A stretch of DNA of 64,000 nt from Felis catus (taxonomy: Eukaryota), in NCBI RefSeq assembly GCF_018350175.1, contig NC_058382.1, positions 57,104,001-57,168,000 of the forward strand, given 5' to 3'. A program made the position numbers and the translations under genes. Below the pieces are notes generated by a model. It was not told the DNA's origin and did not search any database. It was given only the letters and a program-made list of their open reading frames with translations. Every line of letters begins with the position of its first letter. The first letter of the stretch is position 1. This document shows, piece by piece, positions 28,506 through 64,000 of this stretch.

Positions 28506-28974
28506 TCCACCCGGTACCCCGGGCCCTGATGGCGGCGCCCCTCAGGCTGGAGGTCCATGGACCCCCGCCCCACGCTCTTCCGCAGAGTGAGGCTGGGCCT
28601 CCAGGTGACACAGGGCCCAAGGCATGGCCCTGGCAAGTCCTGCTGTCCTGTCCCCTCCCTCTAATGAGGGGCCGGTCCCAGAATCTGGCTCTGGGGGAAG
28701 GGAGGGAACGGCACCCTGCCTCTCAGCCAGAGGAGTAAGTGCGGGGGGGGGGGGGGTTCAGCAGCCAGACAGCAGGCCGACGGCCAAGGGCAAGGCGGTG
28801 AGGAGGGCGCCCAGCCCCTGCAGGGGCTCTGTCATCGGGTTCTGACCCCTGGGCCCGTTCTGACGCTGGGGTCTGGACGGCCGGGCGGCCTCTCCCAGCC
28901 TCCAAGCCAGGGGCTCCCACCTCGCCTGGTACCAGAACCCCTTGGGGAGACGGGGGGGTTTTGGTAGCTTTGTC

Positions 28975-29430
28975 ACACACACACAAGCCACCACCTTAAC
29001 ACCCTCAAGCGTGCGACCAGGTGGCACTCCGTATACTCACGATGTTGTGCAACTGTTACCACCACCCCGTTCTAAGACTTTTGTCCACCAAAGGAAACCC
29101 CTTTACCCGTCAGCGGTCCCTGCCCCCGCCCCGCCCGCTTTCTGTCCCTGCGTTTGCCTGCTCTGGAATCACACAATTTGTGGCCTTTGGTGTCAGGCTT
29201 CTTCTGCTCAGCAGGGCGGTCTCGAGGCTTGCGATCAGTACGCTTCATTCCTTGGCGTCCGGACGGGTCACCTTCTGCTCCTCGGCAAATCTGCGGATGC
29301 ACCTCTGGCTCATCTGCGGCTTTTGGCGGTTGGGAGTCGCGTGGCCGCGGGCTGCCACGTACACACTTGGCTCAAACACCTGCTTGCGATTCGGTCGGGT
29401 CTATGCCCAGCCGCGGGAGAGCCGGGTCGT
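28975..29430 (-). mobile_element. Ancient L1 (L1MB-like) 3' end remnant
   Basis: gatgttgtgcaactgttaccaccacc...caccaaaggaaaccc...ggaatcacacaatttgtggcctttggtgtcaggcttctt. Confidence 0.7.
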
Positions 29431-29936
29431 ATGCCAGCGGTTCACCTTGGGGAGCTTTTAAAATTGATTGCTGAGCTCTTCCCACGCAGCCTATGGTTCA
29501 GTAGGTCTGGGGCTAGGCCCAGGAATCTGTATTTCTAAGATACGCACCCGCACTGCCCTCGGGCCGCCAACAGATGAAACCAACATCCTGTGTGTTAATA
29601 TCCGCTTATGTGGGTAGCACCAACCGTTAAGAAAAAAAGCAAGAATTTTGCTATTTCTCTGGATGCTTCTATTTAATTTATGAGACTCCCGGACTCCATT
29701 TTGTGTCCAGCAGATCTAAATCTAAGTAGCACCCCCATCGTTACCAGAAAGTGGGCATCTTTCCCACCACAGGGAAAAGGGAAGGAGCCCTGTGTTGAGG
29801 GGCCTCAGGCCCAGGTCAGAACTGGGCTTCAAACGCTGGCCTCACCGCGGTTTCCTCATCTGAGAAATGGCAGTGACAGCATCACACGGTGCTGGGACCC
29901 CCAGGTGGCACAAGGCACATGAGACACGGGCTGGTG

Positions 29937-30144
29937 TGGCGTGCCCGGTGGCTCACTCGGTTGAGCGTCCGACTTCCGCTCAGGTCACGATCTCACGGTT
30001 TGTGAGTTCGAGCCCCGCGTCGGGCTCTCTGCTGTCAGCTCAGAGCCTACAGCCTGCTTTGGGTTGTGTCTCCTCTCTCTCTGCCTTTCTTCCACTAGTG
30101 CGCGCTTTCTCGACAATAAATAAACTTTAAAAAAAAAAAAAAAA
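29937..30144 (+). mobile_element. Can-SINE
   Basis: ggtggctcactcggttgagcgtccgacttccgctcaggtcacgatctc...A tail; degenerate TSD agacac(g/a)ggc. Confidence 0.9.
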
Positions 30145-32769
30145 AGACACAGGCCGATGCCAGGCGGGCGGTGAGCACCCAGCAGACGCAGGGAGTGCAC
30201 ACGTGGCCGGGGCAGGTGCCCTCGGGGCCATCGTGCGCGGAGCCTCCTCCTGGGGGAACACTGGACGGTTACAGGCAGGTGCAAGACCTCAGACCCTCGC
30301 GTCCCTCACAAAGGTGGGGCTGAGGGTGGCGCGGGGGCACCCAGCTGTCCCCGTTTCCACTCCTGTCACACGACACCTTCAGGGTTCCTGCAGACAGGGC
30401 ACCTGCCTGGCTCCCGAGAGCTCGCACGGTTAGGGATGAACCTGCCTCTCAGGGCCCCCAGGGCCCCCTGGAATCCCAGGTGTATCTGTGGTCGTGGTGA
30501 ACTGACTGCTCGTTTTTGTTGTTTTAAAGGTGTAGGTGTTCTCTGGGACAAGGAGAGCTCACGCTAGGGCAACGAAGGGTCCCCTACAAGCAGGGAGGCG
30601 GCCCAGCCCGGGCCCACAGCCATCACGCACATCTGTCACCACGGGATGGTCTGTCGCCGACCACGCCTGACACGCCTGAGTGCCACTCAGTGAGGAGAGG
30701 GCCCACAGCGGGGAGTGGCCAGGCCGAGCTGGACTCCACGCGGCCTGGGGCTACGGCCAGGACTGCAGCTCAACACCTGCACCAGGTGGGGACATCCTCT
30801 CCAGGACGTGCCTCCGGGTGGACCCGGCCATCCCCAGGGCAAGTGCCTGATGAGGCCCCTTCTAGGGGAGGGCGTGTTTTCCGGGCCCCCATCAACTGGT
30901 TTTCTCCAGAGGTTCAGTCCCTTTCTGGATAAGCGCTCCCCCATGAAGAACGCTCTCTCAGCTCAGCCCCCCCTCTGCTTCGTCCCCTGCTGTCCACACC
31001 CTCCCCCCCGCCCCCCCGTTCCATCCAATGCCTCTGCGTCTGGTCATCCTCCCCGTGTGTCGCTGTCCCTGACGGGAGGCGCTCAGGCTTAGTTCTGATC
31101 CTGATGCATCAATGGTGTGCTTCTGGGCAAGGCACGGAGCCCCTCTCCGGCTGCCACTGCCTCTGTGAGGTGGGACCCGCGCCACCGAGCCCCCAGCTGT
31201 GCCTGGAGAGGAAAAATGAATGCGCAGCGAGCCTGGCACACGGCTCCCGACGCCACCCCTCTGGCTAGCAGACCGGCAAGGACCCACCTTCCTTCCTTCT
31301 CCGTTACACCTCTACCGCAGCACTTTGGGCAGGCAGATCACAGAACAGCGGCCAGTTCCTGGGCACCCCCATCCGCGCCCAGAACTTCAGGATGCTACGA
31401 AGCCACCCTGTATCTGAAGACCCGCCAAGGTCTTCACGTGGTCACTACTGAACTTCACTTTGCCACGTGAGACCCCAGGCGGGTTCCCTGCGTGGAGCTG
31501 GTCCCTGAGAAGCCTGGTGTGCTAACGACTCTTCTGTTTGTGACTTGGTCTCAGTGTGCGGTCTGTGTTCACGCCTGTCCGATCTCTGTCCTCCTCCTGT
31601 CCTGTCCCACCTACACGACCCCGCGCCCAAACCTAAACTGCGCACGTGTGCGCCCTGAGACGGCTGGGAGAACGCTCGATGCTGGGCTGGCAAGGTCCAC
31701 CCCGTCTAAACGGGAGAGCCAGCCCCGAAGGCCAGGGACACGTGCGAATGCCGACCTCGAAGGCCAGGTGAGGGATCCTGGCGCGAACAGGAGACGCTGC
31801 CAGATCCAAGTTCCATCTTTCAGGGATGAGACCTCCAAGTCGCCAGAGACAGGTGCGCCCAAGGCCTTCAACCAGCGTGGAGATTAGCTGTCCCAGCTCA
31901 CCGCTCTGGGGTCTAGAACTTCATTCCACAACCACATTGCCATTGCTGTTAGGAGGACTTTGCAACAGAGATGGAGAGACAGCCTAAGCCGCAAAAAATT
32001 TCTCTAATTCAATCATTTGCCAACGTACCCCAGATTTCAGGCTTCCCTGGAAAAATGTGAAGATGCGCTGTCCCTGAGACAAGGCCTGGTGCCCCAGCCA
32101 GTCCCAGCTCCCGCAGCCTGCTGTCTCACGCCGAGGCCGCGTCCTCATTCGGAGGACCTGTCGTCGCAGAGGCCTGCGGGATGAAGACGGGCCACGGGCC
32201 AGCCCTCACGGTGCGAAGGAGCAGGCGGGGAGCCGTCCCTGCCTGTGGAGGACAGGCGGGGGACCAGAGGCCCCATGACAGACCGTGCACAAGCCCCTTG
32301 TTCCGATGGGCCGACGCCACCCTCCGGTCACTGCTCACCTGAGGACACAGGCTGCCCTGTGCGAAATGCTCCCGCCCTGGGGGCTGCTTGGGGCAGAGAG
32401 AGCTTGGCGGGGCCCTAAGCGACACCTCCAGTCTTGAGACAATAGCCACAGAGTGCAGTTAAGAACTGCAAGGTCACAACGTAACCTCCAAGGATGGCCC
32501 GTCACAGGGAGCACTGGGCCTTAGTGACTCCTCCCTCAGCCCTCGGCCTGGGCCTTATTCTTCCCAGGACCTCCTCGGCACCCTGATGCCACACGGCCTC
32601 TACCCCTCAGGTCAGCGCATCCTCACCTGTGACGTGAAGGCCGAGGTCAGCCGGCTGGCACCCAGAAAACAGACCGGACAGGCAAGGGTTAAAATCAGCA
32701 GGCTCCCTTGGATTAGGCTCTGGGTTCCTACAAACGGCACCTGGCGGGTAAAGCGGCCTCCGTCACAAT

Positions 32770-33690
32770 TAGAAACTTCCACACTTCAAAAAGGAGCCAA
32801 CCAGGCAAGTGCAAAGACAAGCAACAGAATGACAGATGCGCCAGCCACACTGAGGAGGACCCGGACCCAGAACCCACGAGGCGCTCCTACGGGTCTGTGA
32901 CAAAGAAAAGCCAGCTGAAACTGGCTTCAGAGAACAGACACTTCTCTAAAGACGCGCACACGGCCGTAAGCACACGCAAAGACGTTCGACGTCGCTCAGC
33001 TTCAGGAAAACGCAAGTCCAAACCCCAGCACGGACACCTGACACGGAAGCTGGCTGCGCTCAGATGGCCGAGGGAGGGCGAGGACGCGGGGAACCCGAGC
33101 CTCGTGCCCGGCTGCTGGGGATATCAAATGGTGTGCTCGCTTCAGACCAGAAAGTCTGACGGCTCCCCCGAAAGCGACACAGGGCGCGGCGAGCCCCTCG
33201 CCCCCCGGGGACCACACCCGGCAGAGCTGAAAACCGGCGTCCACACAGAAGCCCGTACCCGAGTACCCTCAGCACCGGGACTCCTCTAAGAGCCACACAG
33301 CGGGGCAGCTCCAGCGTCCAACCCCCGAGGCGCACACACGACAGGGGTCCGTCTGCACAGCGGGCTGGTGCACGGGCCCAGAAACGCCACCACACCCTGG
33401 ACACGTTCTCACACGGGCGTGTCTTGAAAATACGCTAAGGGGAAGCACAAGGCCTCGTATCGCGTGATCCCACGTGTGGGAAATGTTCAGGACAGGCAGC
33501 ACGTGAGGGGCTGCCACGGGCCAGGAGGGAAGGAAAAGAGGCTGATTTGCTAATGACAACAGTTTCCTTTGGGGGTGATGAAAATGTTCTGGAATCCCAG
33601 GGCTGACGGTTACACAACCTTGCGAATACACTGAAAGCCACCGAATCGGACGCTTCGGAGGATGGTGTAGCACGTGAGTCATACCTTAAA
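32770..33690 (+). mobile_element. Ancient L1 (L1MB-like) ORF2 end plus 3' UTR remnant
   Basis: gaacagacacttctctaaagac...aggaaaacgcaagtccaaacc...gtttcctttgggggtgatgaaaatgttctggaa. Confidence 0.78.
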
Positions 33691-33824
33691 ATGAACGTGG
33701 ACGACAAAAACCCCAGCCCCTGCAGGGTGACCCGGACACGTTCCAGGTTGTCCGCAGAGAAACGGGGTGGGCGGAAAAAGAGTCTTCTACACCCTTCTAC
33801 TTAGCTTCGTATAGGTAATGCGTG

Positions 33825-33830
33825 TTTATT
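33825..33830 (-). terminator. MBTPS1: MBTPS1 polyadenylation signal AATAAA
   Basis: tttatt on + strand, about 580 nt after the stop at the end of an AT-richer 3' UTR. Confidence 0.82.
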
Positions 33831-34411
33831 GAAAATTTTCTTCACCGACAATGGTGAAATCGAGACCCCAACTTACAAAACAGGATGGCAATTGATACTT
33901 ATAAAAATAAAGCCAAGGTCTGTGTTTCACAGATTTGTGCGAGTTTCCTTCCAATCTCAGTCTGTCCTTTCATCGAAAAGGAGATCACGGAATCTGTGTT
34001 ATTCCTCGTGATGCGACAGTAAAAAAACCGCATTCCACGGACAAAAAAAATAGCTTTGTTTCCAAACAGCGCGAGCCTTTAAAGTGACTTTTCCCAACAA
34101 TAAATATAGAAAACGGCCTTGGACGAACACAGTTCCACTTGGCTGCAGCCTTCACCTGTGTAAACGTGGCCTCCCTCTCGGTGTGCGGCGACCGCGTGAG
34201 GCCTCCCCGGAGGCGGGGCCGCAAGCCCCTCGTGCAGGGCCCCGGCCACCACGACACGCACCTGCACGCGGCACGCGGGTGGCCCACTGAGGACAGACCC
34301 ACGGACGCCGCAGCTGGACACAGGATCAGCCCCTGGGGACAGCGAGCCCGCCCGCCCGTCGCGGCCGTCCTCGAAGGCGCTCTTTGGCTGTCACGGTCGG
34401 CGGGTGTGACG

Positions 34412-62768
<28,357 letters not shown>

Positions 62769-63679
62769 GAGAGGTAATTTCAAATGAGTCGTTCAGGTAA
62801 GGACCAATACTCCCAGAAATACCCGAGACGGCGTTAGGTTCTCCTGAGGCTCCTCACGGCTGTCCAAAGGCCACGCTCTCTGCCACCTGTGTGCTGGGCC
62901 GAGGCCATCATCTCGTACACGGAGCACCTTCTCTCTCTTTCCCTCCGTCTCAACCTATCAATCACCCTGCGGCCCAAGACGCACTTGGCCCTCGGGCTTC
63001 TGCAATCTGAGGAACCCTTCCTCTGACCAGCACGAGACTTCACGCGATCATGACCAGCATCCACTCACACGTTCTCATCTCACTTTCAAACTTTCCCCGG
63101 GTGTGCGTCCCGTCCCCACCAGATCCCACACTTCTCTGCCACCTTCAGGAAGTCACGGTTCTCAACTGATCACCTGCACGGTGCTTCCCTTCCTCCCAGG
63201 GAACCCGGGAACGACCCCCTAGGCCCTCGTCCTGAGCCCCTCACGTGCCAGACAAGGTGCAGAAGAAAACCACCTAGTTCTCCTTAATACCTCAAGTGCA
63301 CAGATCTGCAAAGAAATCAGAGTGAAACAAATCACAGCAACACGACGTAAGTCAAGATGAGGCCGAAGTGCTTGAAAACCACAAAGAAAAGCGTGGACAT
63401 GATTAGGCGACGACAACCCCCTGCAGGTTCCTGAATAAGAAAACTGCTAGAATCCATCCGACGAGCAGGAACCGACACCGAGGAAGAAGAAGGAAGGTAC
63501 CGCTCCCGGGGGCTCCGGGTTCACAGTGCCCTCCGTTGGAGGCCGTCCTCCCGAGCACGGTGGCCTCGGGCCTCCGTGACGGGCAGCGAGGCTGAGGCCC
63601 AGGGACGGGAGGCCCCCACGGCCTGTGCTGTCCCACAGCATGACCCCACATCGCCCCGGTGGGACACAGGCTGGATTCT

Positions 63680-63704
63680 GGGGGGGGGGGGGGGGGGGGG
63701 GGGG
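63680..63704 (+). repeat. G25 homopolymer
   Basis: Direct count; longest of many G/C runs in the window. Confidence 0.9.
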
Positions 63705-64000
63705 CAGAAACGGGAAAGGCGGCCAAAGGGAAACACGTGAAACGGGGAAACGAGAAAACCGGAGGCGATGACCCGGTACCGACGCTCCTCGTGGTGGAGC
63801 CGCGGCTCGGGGATGCTGACGCCCGTCACCCTGCGGGTCACACACGGCACAGACGCCCGGCAGCACAGCCGCTCCAGAACCCTGGGCCCCCGCACAAGAA
63901 GATGGCATCACTAACAACTACCGGGCCGGGACCCTGCCACCCACAGGCAGTTTCTGACCTGGACAAACGTCAACCTCACACGGTGCGGCCTGACCCTGCG

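Overview
Eukaryotic, GC-rich mammalian genomic DNA from a feliform carnivore, most likely a cat-family species: about 21 Can-SINEs of the SINEC_Fc type are present. The window matches the human 16q NECAB2-SLC38A8-MBTPS1 block. It holds the last three coding exons and poly(A) signal of NECAB2 (+), the complete 10-exon CDS of SLC38A8 (-; 1308 nt, 435 aa, all GT-AG introns, frame intact), and the last 15 coding exons plus 3' UTR of MBTPS1/site-1 protease (-; 2128 nt of CDS, including the catalytic Ser motif GTSVASP). The remainder is intron and intergenic DNA with Can-SINEs and old L1, L2, MIR, MaLR/MER21 LTR and hAT remnants. Nearly all of the six-frame ORF track is GC-rich noise. I found no convincing previously undescribed system. 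The items most worth checking are a strong GC/CpG-gain signature in old repeats and in MBTPS1 exon 21, CTCF-like motifs that appear to have arisen inside decayed transposons, inverted SINE pairs around MBTPS1 exons, repeated SINE insertion at one target site, a 90-bp tandem duplication with inverted ends, and a non-canonical poly(A) signal for SLC38A8. Repeat family names, exon numbers and human comparisons come from recall, not database searches.
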